In this document: in pieces, positions 26,606 to 36,532 of the stretch
How positions within the stretch are numbered: the first letter of the stretch is position 1
Layout: every line of letters starts with the position of its first letter
Sequence record: KX011028.1
From: Staphylococcus phage pSco-10
Length of the DNA stretch: 64,000 nt
Direction: 5' to 3' (one strand)
Notes under the pieces: model-generated
Seen by the model: only the letters and a program-made list of their open reading frames with translations
Told to the model about the DNA's origin: nothing
Database searches by the model: none
Program-made: the position numbers and the translations under genes

Positions 26606-27778
26606 TTATAGGTTATCTAAGTCTAGACCACCTAATACATCGTCAATACTTTGTGTTTGTTTTTGTTTTGGAGGCTCCTGAGTAGTTGGTTGTGGTTCAG
26701 GTTGTGGTTCAGGTGCTTGTTGTGTACTTTGAGATTGAGTATCAAAAGGTACTTGTACATCATCAATACTACTTACATCAAAGTCATTGAAAGGGTTTGA
26801 GTCAGGTTGTGATTGTTGTTGAGCTAAGTTGTTCCAATCAACATTACTTTGTTGTTGTGGTTGTTGTGACTGTACAGGAGCCTGTTGTTGCCCGCCAATA
26901 TTACTTGGTAACTGACTATCAATATCTTGTTGTGTAGGCTCTTGCTTAGGTGCTGAAGGCTCTTCACCTAAAACATTTGTCTCACGGTTAAACTTAAAGT
27001 TATCATGACTTAACTCTGTGTTATTAACATTATTAATTAAGAAGTTAACAAAGTTAGGGTTTTGTTCTTCTGTAGGTTGTGCTAATTTCTCTAAGTCAGA
27101 TAATTGTTGTTCCCAACCTTGAGGTAATGCACCAAGGGGAGCATTAGGATAAACACTAACCTTCCAAGACATTTCACCTTTTTTAGCTTTAGTAATATTA
27201 ACTAAGAATGCTTCATTTGCTGAGATAAAGCTATGAGGTGCGTTAGGTGATGGTTTTAACATAGTATCTTTAAGGTTTGCTAATAACTCTTTATATCCTG
27301 TGTTAGATAATTCCATCGGTTGAATCATGATATTACCTTGTGAATCTGTTTTAGGTTGAATTTGTCCGTTGTTATTAAAGTATTCAATAACGTGAATGTA
27401 ATAACGTACTGCAGGTTTATTAGGGAATCTACTGAATTGAACACCATTTGCTATCCAACTATCAATGTAAGGGTCAAGTACCGATGAACCTTGTTCTGCA
27501 GGTAATGTTAATCCTGTGAATCCTTGAGAGCCATCTTTCTTAGAGTAGTTAATACCTGTTGTTCTAAATTCTTTAAAGAAAACATTTGTTCCTTGTGCAG
27601 GAGGTAATACTCGTACAAAAGCATTTTCTTTAGTAACTTTATTTCCATTTGCATCTTTAACGTTACCTAATCGTAATACAGGGTTTTTAGGTTTATAGCT
27701 CTCTACATTGTTGTTGAAAGAACTGTTACTGCTTTCTAATTTGCTTGCCTCATTGTTAATAAATTGATTGAAATCCAT
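26606..27778 (-). CDS. putative ssDNA-binding protein (390 aa); Q/P-rich low-complexity linker and acidic C-terminal tail ...DDVLGGLDLDNL
   Basis: SSB-like architecture (folded N-domain, disordered linker, acidic tip) next to the recombinase. Confidence 0.4.
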   Translation of the reverse strand: MDFNQFINNEASKLESSNSSFNNNVESYKPKNPVLRLGNVKDANGNKVTKENAFVRVLPPAQGTNVFFKEFRTTGINYSKKDGSQGFTGLTLPAEQGSSVLDPYIDSWIANGVQFSRFPNKPAVRYYIHVIEYFNNNGQIQPKTDSQGNIMIQPMELSNTGYKELLANLKDTMLKPSPNAPHSFISANEAFLVNITKAKKGEMSWKVSVYPNAPLGALPQGWEQQLSDLEKLAQPTEEQNPNFVNFLINNVNNTELSHDNFKFNRETNVLGEEPSAPKQEPTQQDIDSQLPSNIGGQQQAPVQSQQPQQQSNVDWNNLAQQQSQPDSNPFNDFDVSSIDDVQVPFDTQSQSTQQAPEPQPEPQPTTQEPPKQKQTQSIDDVLGGLDLDNL

Positions 27779-27814
27779 AATTATCTTTTCTCCTTTTAAT
27801 TAATTTACTTATTT

Positions 27815-27843
27815 AGTATAACATAGTTTTTTATGTTTGTCAA
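27815..27843 (-). promoter_or_regulatory. promoter TTGACA-17-TATACT
   Basis: tgtcaa 27838..27843 on plus strand. Confidence 0.6.
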
Positions 27844-27864
27844 TTATATTTTTTAATTTATTTT

Positions 27865-28347
27865 TTAATGTGAAAACGGATTAGTAATTCCACCGTTTTT
27901 ATTTGTTTGTCGTAACTCTGCACCTAATTGTATCATCATGTCACGTCTTGTCTCAAATGCTTTTACAACATATTGAAGTTGCTTAACTTTGTAATTCCAA
28001 GCCTCAACAACTTTAAGCTGTTGTTGGTAAGAGTCATGAATATATACACTAGACTCAATCATATCTTTAGTAGGTTTCTTTCCTTGTTGTTCATACTCTT
28101 GTCTAATTCTAAGGTTTAACTTACTACCAACTGTTTCTAGGTTTCGTTGTTCCATTTCAGAATATGCTCTGACCTTCTCTAATATAGAAGCCCAAAAAGC
28201 ATACTTAGCTGACTGTTGCATAAAGTCCTCTTGAATCGTATATTCTGTAATCTTTAATTCTTCTGTAATATCAAACTCTTGTGAGTTCCCATTTCTATCT
28301 TTAATAGTAAAATTCGTAAAATCTAGGGAATCAATGTGTATTTCCAT
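27865..28347 (-). CDS. hypothetical protein (160 aa)
   Basis: ORF track. Confidence 0.55.
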   Translation of the reverse strand: MEIHIDSLDFTNFTIKDRNGNSQEFDITEELKITEYTIQEDFMQQSAKYAFWASILEKVRAYSEMEQRNLETVGSKLNLRIRQEYEQQGKKPTKDMIESSVYIHDSYQQQLKVVEAWNYKVKQLQYVVKAFETRRDMMIQLGAELRQTNKNGGITNPFSH

Positions 28348-28363
28348 TTACTAGTTCCTCCTT

Positions 28364-28606
28364 TTAAATATTAACTGAGATACTACTTAAAGGTAAGGCT
28401 AAAGGATATTCTTCCTCAAGACTTGCTAATTCCTCTGTTACTTCTCCAGTAGATGACTCTGTTGGTAAAACTGTAGAACCATGTTTATTTTCTTCTCTAT
28501 TATAGAATGTAACAACAATATTCATTTCACCTAATTCATTCTGATACATGCTTGTTATAATCCATTCATCCATAGAACGATTAAATCTAATTTCTCCTGT
28601 ATTCAC
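28364..28606 (-). CDS. hypothetical protein (80 aa)
   Basis: promoter 28638..28666. Confidence 0.5.
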   Translation of the reverse strand: MNTGEIRFNRSMDEWIITSMYQNELGEMNIVVTFYNREENKHGSTVLPTESSTGEVTEELASLEEEYPLALPLSSISVNI

Positions 28607-28637
28607 TGTTTTTCCTCCTTATCTTTATTACTTAATT

Positions 28638-28666
28638 AGTATAGCATAAGTTAAACATTTTGTCAA
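28638..28666 (-). promoter_or_regulatory. promoter TTGACA-17-TATACT
   Basis: tgtcaa 28661..28666 on plus strand. Confidence 0.6.
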
Positions 28667-28674
28667 TACTTTTT

Positions 28675-30990
28675 TTAAATTTCTTGATAGATAGATTTCT
28701 CACCTTTAACTACATTAGTAGCCTTTTCAAATTGTTCATCTGTTAACTTACCTGACTCCTTATAGTCTTCTAGTGTTTGTAAGTTCATCATGTACTTAAT
28801 ATAACCTTGGTAAGAGTTAAATGTTTCTATTTCTTCTTCGTCATATTCCACCATATCGTTATAGTTTAAACCAATTTCCATATCAGCTTCAATAGGGTAC
28901 TGTACCTCTTTCCCATCAATCTCTGCTTTTAAGAAATCAAACGGTAAGTTTTCCATGATATGGATTGTCACCTTAGCCATAATCTTAGCCTCTTCAGGAG
29001 GACAATCAATTAAGATACTATCGTGTACTGTGGCAATAACTTTTGATTTCAAGTTACGAGACTGAATAAAGTCATCTAAGTAAGTTAGAGACATATTTGT
29101 TAAGAAACTACCTGAACCTTGGATAATAGTATTAAATGACTGTCTTAGACCTTCATTTTTTATCTTTTTATCTGCTGATTGAGCTGAACGGATAAATCTT
29201 CTGTGTCCGTGCATTGTATCAACATAACCATATTGTTGCACAAATTCATGTACGCTGTCAATAGAAGTTTTTACACTCGGTTTTGTTTGGAAATACTTTT
29301 CAAATATTTCTTCTGCTTCACTTACTTCCATATTATTTTTGCCTGCAAATGAGAATGGTGATTCACCAAAGGCTAATCCAAAGTTTACTGCTTTAGTTGC
29401 TTGTCTTTCTTCTTTAGTTACTTCTTCTACTGGTTTATTATAAACAATACTTGCAGTAGCTTTATGGATATCTTCTCCGTTTAGGAACGATTGTAGCATA
29501 TCAGGGTCTTTAGTAAATAATCCAATAATACGCATCTCTAGGGCACTATAGTCGGCTCCTAGTAATACTCCATTTTCAAATCTAGAAACAAATGAACGTT
29601 TAATAGGATGCTTATAATCAAACTTGTTTACATCTGATGTATGGGCAGGTAAGTTTTGTAAGTTAGGATTACTACTACTTAATCGTGATGTCTCTGTACC
29701 TGTCTCAGAGAAAGAACCATGTAATGTTCGTTTTTGTTTATTAATCATGTTAGGTAATTTCTTAGTAAATGAATTACGTTTTGTCTGCATACTAGCATGA
29801 TATTTAAGTAATTCAAGCAGTTCTTTAACATCATCTTTTAAATCTAAGTTATCTAATGCATAACTAATAGCTTTCTTATCTGTTTTATAATCCTGCCAAG
29901 TAAGGTCTGCTTCTTTAACATTAGCGTTAAAGGGTTTTTCTTTAATATACTCTTTATCGTAAGGTAATTGAATTCCTAAAATATCATACATTACTCTACC
30001 CTTATGGTCTCCTGAACTAGGAGAAAACATCCATTTACCGTCTTTAAACTTATCTCTATACTGATGAATATCTTTGTCTCTTTCTTTTGGCTTTTTCTCA
30101 TGCTCTTCTAATGCCATTTGGTAAAGGTTATACTGGTACTCTTCAAACTCTTTAACAGCCCAGTGCTCTCTCATTGTAGCATGGTTCTTAGTCATCTCAG
30201 ACTCATATGACTCATCATTTTCTTTCATATAGTCTAAATCACAGTATAAACCATTTGATTCAATTCTAGCTAGTGATTTAGTTAATCTAGGGTAATTAAC
30301 TTCTAATAAATGCATAGACTTAGGTCTATCTTGTTCTTCTAATTTTTTAACTACATCACAGTGAATTCTTCTACATACATCTGTATCCCCTGATGCATAA
30401 GGGTGCATTAACTCAATAGGGAACCAATCATAGTTAAAGTTACCCCCATCAATATCATTCACTACATCTTTTGCATCTCTATACTTATTGATTAAATCAA
30501 TTGCAGTATTTAGTGTGTAAGACTTAGCCTCATTAGATAATCCCATATATTCAGGTGATTGTTCTGCAATAACCTTAAAGTCATCTTCTGCAGTACAATC
30601 CATACTAACAACTTCAGGTATTAACCCTAACTGAGTATATTTGTTTTCTAACGTACCTTCTGTCATTTCTTCTAGCTTGTTATTTAACCATTCTTTATAT
30701 TCAGGGGCTTTAACATCATATTCTTTCTTAGCAACCTTTTTATTCTCTTTTTGTATTTCTTTAATTTTATCAGAGAAAAATCTCAATAACTTAGTAACAA
30801 ACCATAATTTAAAATCTTCTAGTGGTTTATCATAACCTCCGACATCTGTTACCTCATAAGCTAAATCAGATAATCTTAGTGACTCTTTAACTTCTTGTGT
30901 TACAGCTAAGTACCAACCTACTTTAGTATCTTGAATATTCTCAAAATCCTTAAAATTCTCAGTACTCATTAGGAATTTAATATCATATTT
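28675..30990 (-). CDS. polA: DNA polymerase, family A, exon 2 (771 aa); motif A DYSALEMRI, motif B RQATKAVNFGLAFG, motif C HDSILID
   Basis: Pol I family motifs; exon begins KYDIKFL, completing Exo II motif HNG|KYD. Confidence 0.8.
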   Translation of the reverse strand, partial: KYDIKFLMSTENFKDFENIQDTKVGWYLAVTQEVKESLRLSDLAYEVTDVGGYDKPLEDFKLWFVTKLLRFFSDKIKEIQKENKKVAKKEYDVKAPEYKEWLNNKLEEMTEGTLENKYTQLGLIPEVVSMDCTAEDDFKVIAEQSPEYMGLSNEAKSYTLNTAIDLINKYRDAKDVVNDIDGGNFNYDWFPIELMHPYASGDTDVCRRIHCDVVKKLEEQDRPKSMHLLEVNYPRLTKSLARIESNGLYCDLDYMKENDESYESEMTKNHATMREHWAVKEFEEYQYNLYQMALEEHEKKPKERDKDIHQYRDKFKDGKWMFSPSSGDHKGRVMYDILGIQLPYDKEYIKEKPFNANVKEADLTWQDYKTDKKAISYALDNLDLKDDVKELLELLKYHASMQTKRNSFTKKLPNMINKQKRTLHGSFSETGTETSRLSSSNPNLQNLPAHTSDVNKFDYKHPIKRSFVSRFENGVLLGADYSALEMRIIGLFTKDPDMLQSFLNGEDIHKATASIVYNKPVEEVTKEERQATKAVNFGLAFGESPFSFAGKNNMEVSEAEEIFEKYFQTKPSVKTSIDSVHEFVQQYGYVDTMHGHRRFIRSAQSADKKIKNEGLRQSFNTIIQGSGSFLTNMSLTYLDDFIQSRNLKSKVIATVHDSILIDCPPEEAKIMAKVTIHIMENLPFDFLKAEIDGKEVQYPIEADMEIGLNYNDMVEYDEEEIETFNSYQGYIKYMMNLQTLEDYKESGKLTDEQFEKATNVVKGEKSIYQEI

Positions 30991-31788
30991 CGTTTTAGCC
31001 TGTATATTTCTATACAGAACGGACTATACCTTCATAAGCCCTTACCATTAGGTTTGTTTGTAGTTACCTAAATGGGCTTGATGTCCCTCATTTACATAGT
31101 GTGATTATTTTTTGTGATGTGTATCTTCATGACATGATTTACATAACCATTTTATTTCTAAAGGTTTGTTGTAATCAGGATGATGAGCCTCAGGAATACA
31201 TTCCTTATTACACTCTGAACATTTACTAGGTCTTAATAGAGAACCGTTTCTTAATGCAGTTCTTACAGAGCTTCTAGCTTTAGCTTTTAAAGAATTATTT
31301 TCTCTGTATTTTCTTGAACGCTTTTTATTTAGTTCTCTTCCTCTTTCAGAAGTATTATACTCATTACTTTGTTTCCGATACTTATCTCCATTTTTCTCAT
31401 AACATTTTTTAATAGTATTTTTAGTTTTATCTAATTTATTATATTCCTTTCTACAAGGTATACACATACTCTGATAATAAGTTTTATCATTCTTTTTATA
31501 TGTTTTAAAATTAGATAAATCTAACTCTTCATTACATCTTCTGCATACTTTTTTGTTATTTTTAACTGATGTCATATAATCTTTTTTCACTGTACCACCT
31601 CTATTAAGTTGATACACTATGTCTCACCTTGGTCTACAAAACCTCGGCTCAGTCTCTACACCCCATCTATTGTCACCAATAATGTAGGCTCGGGATTACC
31701 ACTATCCTTATTACAGGACTTAGGTTCTCTTATCAGCTTCTTAAAGCTATGCCCGATATGAGAGGGATTTTACAACAGCAAATCATTT
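30991..31788 (-). other. group I intron (798 nt) in DNA polymerase gene, carrying an HNH homing endonuclease ORF
   Basis: exon 1 ends in U (…AHNG, ggt), intron ends in G (…aaaacg); GC-rich structured core segments; both exons in frame (289 + 771 codons). Confidence 0.65.
31105..31617 (-). CDS. intron-encoded HNH endonuclease (170 aa, GTG start); Cys-rich zinc motifs plus AHHPDYNKPLEIKWLCKSCH
   Basis: HNH motif; RBS aaggtgag before GTG. Confidence 0.7.
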   Translation of the reverse strand: MYQLNRGGTVKKDYMTSVKNNKKVCRRCNEELDLSNFKTYKKNDKTYYQSMCIPCRKEYNKLDKTKNTIKKCYEKNGDKYRKQSNEYNTSERGRELNKKRSRKYRENNSLKAKARSSVRTALRNGSLLRPSKCSECNKECIPEAHHPDYNKPLEIKWLCKSCHEDTHHKK

Positions 31789-32655
31789 ACCGTTGTGTGC
31801 CACCTTGATATCTTCTTTACTAGCTAACCAATTCTTAAGTAATTCTAATACTTCATCAATATCATCTTGACCATTTCCCCACTTAAAGTCTGATTTATAT
31901 AAAGGTATAGTTACACCTTGACCATTTCTCCATGATAGAGATAATACTAAAGGTTTACTTCCTTCTTTATCAGGTTTCAGTGAGTTAGTCTCTAAGTCCC
32001 ATGCAGTGATATCTACACCATCATAATTATCGTTCTTTACTTCCTTAGTAAATATTTCTCTAACTCTTTCAATGTTATCTACTAATTCATAAGCTACCTC
32101 TTTAGGTTTAAATGCTTCTTCACCTTGCTCTACAAACTTACCTACTGTTTGTAGGTCTGATACAACATGACGTTCACTGTTTTTATTTACATTAGTATAT
32201 TCAATACTGTACGTAGGTAATACCCAAACGTCATGAGAAGATGTTTCATTTTCAACTGTTACTTTACTTGGTACTCCTCTTACTTTACCGATAGCTGTAA
32301 CATTTAATAAGTATTTAACTCCTAATTTACCTACAGGAATAATCATATCATAAGCATTATCAATAATAATGTTATTCATTCTTTCATAATACGGTTTTAC
32401 TTCTGCTTGTTTAACATCTTGATATTTAATAATCTTACCATAATCATTTCTAATAGGTGTAGGTACTGCATTATAAAGAAAATCAATATCATAGTCTCTA
32501 TTTGTTTTATCTCTCTTTAAGTTAGAACACTTCTCAAGTAATTTCTTAAGTGTTTTTCCATTAGGTGTATTTAATACATTAGATTTCACACTCCCGTCTT
32601 TACTTACAGAAAAATGTTCTTCTCTAATGTGGTCGAATAAGATTAATACTTTCAT
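31789..32655 (-). CDS. polA: DNA polymerase, family A, exon 1 (289 aa; 3'-5' exonuclease motifs ITAWDLETNSL, ...VAHNG)
   Basis: Exo I DxE and Exo II motifs. Confidence 0.75.
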
Positions 32656-32685
32656 TTAGTTCCTCTCCTTTTTTAACTTAATAAT

Positions 32686-32714
32686 ACTATATCATATATT
32701 TTAAACCCTGTCAA
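32686..32714 (-). promoter_or_regulatory. promoter TTGACA-17-TATAGT for the polymerase gene
   Basis: tgtcaa 32709..32714 on plus strand. Confidence 0.6.
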
Positions 32715-32744
32715 TAAAAAAAGAAGAGAATTATTTCTCTTCTT
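32715..32744 (-). terminator. terminator AAGAAGAGAA/TTCTCTTCTT followed by a U5 run; the 5' arm is the last codons of the HU-like gene
   Basis: 10-bp perfect stem. Confidence 0.65.
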
Positions 32745-33036
32745 CATTAAGTCTATCAATAACCTCTTCTAGTTCTTTAAGTGGCTTAAATTTTATAGCT
32801 TTTCTATCAGGTAAATGGAAATATTCTTTATTCAGACCATCCCATGCTTTTTTACCTTTTCTTTCAATAACCTCTATTTGTAGAAATTTATGGTTCTTTA
32901 CTTTAGTATACCCTTCTTCTAATAAGTCTGAAATAGCATCTGTCTCTGCACTTAGTATTTCTTCTACATCTTGAATATAATACCCTGTATTCTCTGATAT
33001 CTTTCTTGCTATATCTCTTCTATTTGCTGTACTCAT
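32731..33036 (-). CDS. HU/IHF-like DNA-binding protein (101 aa)
   Basis: HU-fold-like pattern (…KGKKAWDGLNKEYFHLPDRKAIKFKPLK). Confidence 0.45.
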   Translation of the reverse strand: MSTANRRDIARKISENTGYYIQDVEEILSAETDAISDLLEEGYTKVKNHKFLQIEVIERKGKKAWDGLNKEYFHLPDRKAIKFKPLKELEEVIDRLNEEEK

Positions 33037-33045
33037 ATAATCACC

Positions 33046-33642
33046 TTATATCTTAATCTTTCGTTGTTGTTTTAGTTTCGTAATTACATCGTCTACATCT
33101 TCAAAATCATGGCTACTTGTTAAGATATAGATATACATTTTCCATACTGATAAAGATACTCTAATTTTATCTGCAAAATCTACTTTATATTCAGGTTTTA
33201 AATCATAAGCTTCTCCATCAAAGAAATAGAATTTTTCTTGCTTTTCATCTACTTCTAGTATACGTGGGAATGATAAATGAACTTCATCTACGTTTGTTTT
33301 AATATCATGTAAACTTCTAATAATATCATAAGGGTTTACATAAGGGAATACCACTGAAATATCAATAATAACTTTTGTTCCCATGAATGATAAAGCTATA
33401 TTATCTACTTCTTTTGCAGTAAAGCCGTTACGCATACGATAAACAACTTCTGAATCAGGATGACTAGATAAGTCCTTTAATACATAATACGGTAATACTG
33501 AGTCTGTATAGTATGTAATTTTACCACCGTGCTTACATACCTTCTCTATAAGTCTATCATTATTGTATTTCTCATTAAATAACATATAATGATTTTCATC
33601 TCTCATGATGTATCGTCTAGACTTAGATATTAACTCATCCAT
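33046..33642 (-). CDS. hypothetical protein (198 aa); 207-nt untranslated leader upstream
   Basis: no alternative in-frame start upstream; weak RBS. Confidence 0.5.
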   Translation of the reverse strand: MDELISKSRRYIMRDENHYMLFNEKYNNDRLIEKVCKHGGKITYYTDSVLPYYVLKDLSSHPDSEVVYRMRNGFTAKEVDNIALSFMGTKVIIDISVVFPYVNPYDIIRSLHDIKTNVDEVHLSFPRILEVDEKQEKFYFFDGEAYDLKPEYKVDFADKIRVSLSVWKMYIYILTSSHDFEDVDDVITKLKQQRKIKI

Positions 33643-33849
33643 ATTTTTTTCAATCTCTTCTTCATTACTGTGTGTGACTTTAATAGCCTCATTAATTTTA
33701 TCTTTATCTTTTGTGTGTATATTAAAATACCTATCACTATTATATATCGTTAATGTTTTATTCTTTGCGATATGTCATCTTCCTCTCATTAAAAAAATCC
33801 TACTACCTTGTACTATTATAGTATAGCACAGATAGCAGGAAATTCCAAA

Positions 33850-34182
33850 TTAAAGTGACTCTAATTCTTGTAATTGCATTGGTGTAACTTGGTCTTCATA
33901 TTTCTTAGCTAATTGACCGTCTTTATAACCTACTAACACTGGAGTACTCATAATATCAAAAAGCTTAACTGCTTTCTCTCTATCTACATCTTCTGCATCT
34001 AAATTAAGTGTTAAGATAGGTTTATTGATATCTCCTGATTCTTGGAACATAGGGATTACACTTTTTAAAATCTCACATTTACCACAATTATCTTGAGTAA
34101 TCATTACAATAACATCTTTCTTTTGTCTAATTGCTGTATTTAAGTCTACTAAACTATTCATTTTTTCCATCTTCTGAATCAT
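33850..34182 (-). CDS. thioredoxin/glutaredoxin-like protein (110 aa; CGKC active site)
   Basis: CxxC motif in thioredoxin-fold context, adjacent to nrd genes. Confidence 0.6.
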   Translation of the reverse strand: MIQKMEKMNSLVDLNTAIRQKKDVIVMITQDNCGKCEILKSVIPMFQESGDINKPILTLNLDAEDVDREKAVKLFDIMSTPVLVGYKDGQLAKKYEDQVTPMQLQELESL

Positions 34183-34483
34183 CCTTTTCTAATGTTTTAA
34201 TAATTTCGGGAAATGAGTTAACTACTGTTGCTTTCTGTGCTTCATAACCTTCTGCTAAGTCAATAAGTTTTAATTGTTCTGAGCCGTAAGATAAAGTATA
34301 CATCGTCATATCATGCATAAACTCTAACTGAAATGACTTAGAAGTATCATCAGCTTTAGCATCCTTAGCGTTACTGAATAACTTCATAGGGTCATTTATA
34401 TCACTTACGCATGAAAACTCATCATGTTTTTTAAATAATGTTTCTGTTTTGCTTAATAAATCCATTGCTTCTTTTCTATCCAT
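34154..34483 (-). CDS. hypothetical protein (109 aa)
   Basis: ORF track. Confidence 0.5.
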   Translation of the reverse strand: MDRKEAMDLLSKTETLFKKHDEFSCVSDINDPMKLFSNAKDAKADDTSKSFQLEFMHDMTMYTLSYGSEQLKLIDLAEGYEAQKATVVNSFPEIIKTLEKDDSEDGKNE

Positions 34484-34500
34484 AATATCTTTTCTCCTTT

Positions 34501-35589
34501 TTATAGGAATTCTTTAGCAATACTATATTCCTTACTATCTAAGAATGAGAAATCTTCATCTTTAATATCTTTGATATTTGTAGATTTTTCATAGTCTGCT
34601 TTACCACTAAAGAAATCAACATTTCGTAATCTATCTACATTAGTTTGATTTTCTACAATAGGGTTATACGGTTCAGGATTAAAGTAGTCTTCTCTACCTA
34701 GGTTTTGAAGAGCTCTGTTAAAGTTATACTGAACATAGTTAATTACGTCTTCACTTAATTCTAATGGGTCATATAGGCTATGTGTATATGCTACTTCATT
34801 AGTGTAAAGGATATCTAGTAATTCATAAGTTTCCTTATCTGCTAAGTTTTTCTCTTGTTCTGTTAAAAGATTATAATCATATTGAGCTGTTAATCCTACT
34901 GCTGAACCATGATAAGCTTCATCTTGGGTAATCTTATAAATGATAGCTCCTGATTGTGTCATCTGTCCTCTACCTGCAAGAAGTAGTGGGTAATAAAATC
35001 CTGAGTAGAATAATGCACTTTCTAAGAAGGCACTAGCTACTTTAGCCATATATCTATCGAATATAGTAGGGTTAGGTTTTAGTAACTGGTCATAGTAATA
35101 ACCAATAAACTGAGCTTTTACTTTTAAGAAGTCATTTTCTTCAACCCAAGTATCTAACAAATAACTTGTTTCTTTATTATTTAGTAATGTTGTAAAGATA
35201 TGACTATAAGATTTGGCATGTATCTCTTCCATACCACCCATAAACGCAAATACAGCCTGGTATTTAGGTCTTGGTTCATGATAGGATACTAAGTTCATAC
35301 CTTCCCCTCCTTGCTTTGTATCGAGCCCTGTGAGCCCTGCAAGGACTTTCTTATAAGTGTTCTTTTCACTCTCAGTTAAACTGTTCCAAGAACTTAAATC
35401 TCTTGATACATCAAACTCTTCAGGAGTCCAAAATTGGGAGATTCCTTGCTCCCAATAAATATCAGACATCCCGTCATCTTCAATATTCCAGTTTGTTGCT
35501 TTTAATACTGCATTTTTATTATGTTGTTTTACCTTTTGTGTAATATCCATATCTATTTCCCTTCTAAACCGAACATGTTTCACATTCAA
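34501..35589 (-). CDS. nrdF: ribonucleotide reductase class Ib small subunit (362 aa)
   Basis: diiron ligand motifs (EEIHAKSYS, EAYHGS). Confidence 0.8.
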   Translation of the reverse strand: MNVKHVRFRREIDMDITQKVKQHNKNAVLKATNWNIEDDGMSDIYWEQGISQFWTPEEFDVSRDLSSWNSLTESEKNTYKKVLAGLTGLDTKQGGEGMNLVSYHEPRPKYQAVFAFMGGMEEIHAKSYSHIFTTLLNNKETSYLLDTWVEENDFLKVKAQFIGYYYDQLLKPNPTIFDRYMAKVASAFLESALFYSGFYYPLLLAGRGQMTQSGAIIYKITQDEAYHGSAVGLTAQYDYNLLTEQEKNLADKETYELLDILYTNEVAYTHSLYDPLELSEDVINYVQYNFNRALQNLGREDYFNPEPYNPIVENQTNVDRLRNVDFFSGKADYEKSTNIKDIKDEDFSFLDSKEYSIAKEFL

Positions 35590-36532
35590 TAACAGAAAGT
35601 TTACGTGAACGTGTATAATATAGTGATTTTAATCCTTGTTCCCAAGCATAGTAGTATAGTGATACTAACTTATTAGTCGGTATCTCTGACTCTACATAAA
35701 GAATAGTAGATACTGCTTGGTCTGTGTGCTTCTGAACTACCGCACTTGTATTAATAATACGTTTATTATCAATCTTATAAGCTGTTTCTCCTTCATAGAA
35801 GAATTGAGTTATAGGACTTAGGTAAGGCATTGGGTAGTATGTCTCCATATCTCCATACTGTCTATTCTCAATAGCACTAGGTACAGGCATAATTGAGCTT
35901 GTAGCATTCTGTACGTATGATATAGATTGAGTAGGTGCTTCGGCTTTTCTATATCCATTATATAATCCATGAATTTTAACTGCTTTAGCCAATTCATCCC
36001 AATCATCTTGAGTTGGAATATAAATTTTACTTAATACTTTCTTAGCTTTTTCTGTTTTAGGTTGGTTAGACTCTCTAATATATCTTACAAAGTATTCACC
36101 TGTAGCATAATCAGATTTTTCAAACCCTTTAAATGGTTTACCTGTTTCTTTAGCCATTAACATAGAAGTTTTAATAGATTGGAAATTAATAGCACTGTAT
36201 AAACTATTTACTAAGTCTAATGCTTCTCTAGAACCGTAACTAATCATATTCTTAGCTAAAAGTCCATGTAAATTCATTGAACCTAAACCGATAGCTCTAA
36301 TGTCATCATTTGCTTTCTGAACACTAGGTAGATATGGTAAATCCATAATATCAGTAACTTTAGTTAATGCTCTTGTTCCGATATCTACAGATTCATTTAA
36401 TAAACCTTTTTCAACTACATTAACTAAATTAAGTGAACCTAATGTACAAACAACATCTCTATTAATAATATTCTTATTGCTGTGTGCATAAGGGTGTATT
36501 TCTGATACCTCTTGTAATTGTGAAATTTCTGT
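35564..36532 (-). CDS. nrdE: ribonucleotide reductase large subunit, exon 3 (322 aa; begins TEISQLQEV..., ends ...IECETCSV)
   Basis: completes the NLC|TEI active-site motif; matches NrdE middle/C-terminal region. Confidence 0.75.
   Translation of the reverse strand, partial: TEISQLQEVSEIHPYAHSNKNIINRDVVCTLGSLNLVNVVEKGLLNESVDIGTRALTKVTDIMDLPYLPSVQKANDDIRAIGLGSMNLHGLLAKNMISYGSREALDLVNSLYSAINFQSIKTSMLMAKETGKPFKGFEKSDYATGEYFVRYIRESNQPKTEKAKKVLSKIYIPTQDDWDELAKAVKIHGLYNGYRKAEAPTQSISYVQNATSSIMPVPSAIENRQYGDMETYYPMPYLSPITQFFYEGETAYKIDNKRIINTSAVVQKHTDQAVSTILYVESEIPTNKLVSLYYYAWEQGLKSLYYTRSRKLSVIECETCSV

Noticed and set aside
27874-27900. Hairpin AAAACGG/CCGTTTT near 27870
   Set aside because: It lies inside the coding 3' end of gene 27865..28347, and on the transcribed strand it is followed by an A-rich rather than a U-rich tract, so it is probably not a terminator.
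35818-36006. Minus-strand 62-aa ORF nested within nrdE exon 3, and the 62-aa ORF 56503..56691 within the tail-fibre gene
   Set aside because: Both sit out of frame inside well-supported larger genes and have no ribosome-binding site.
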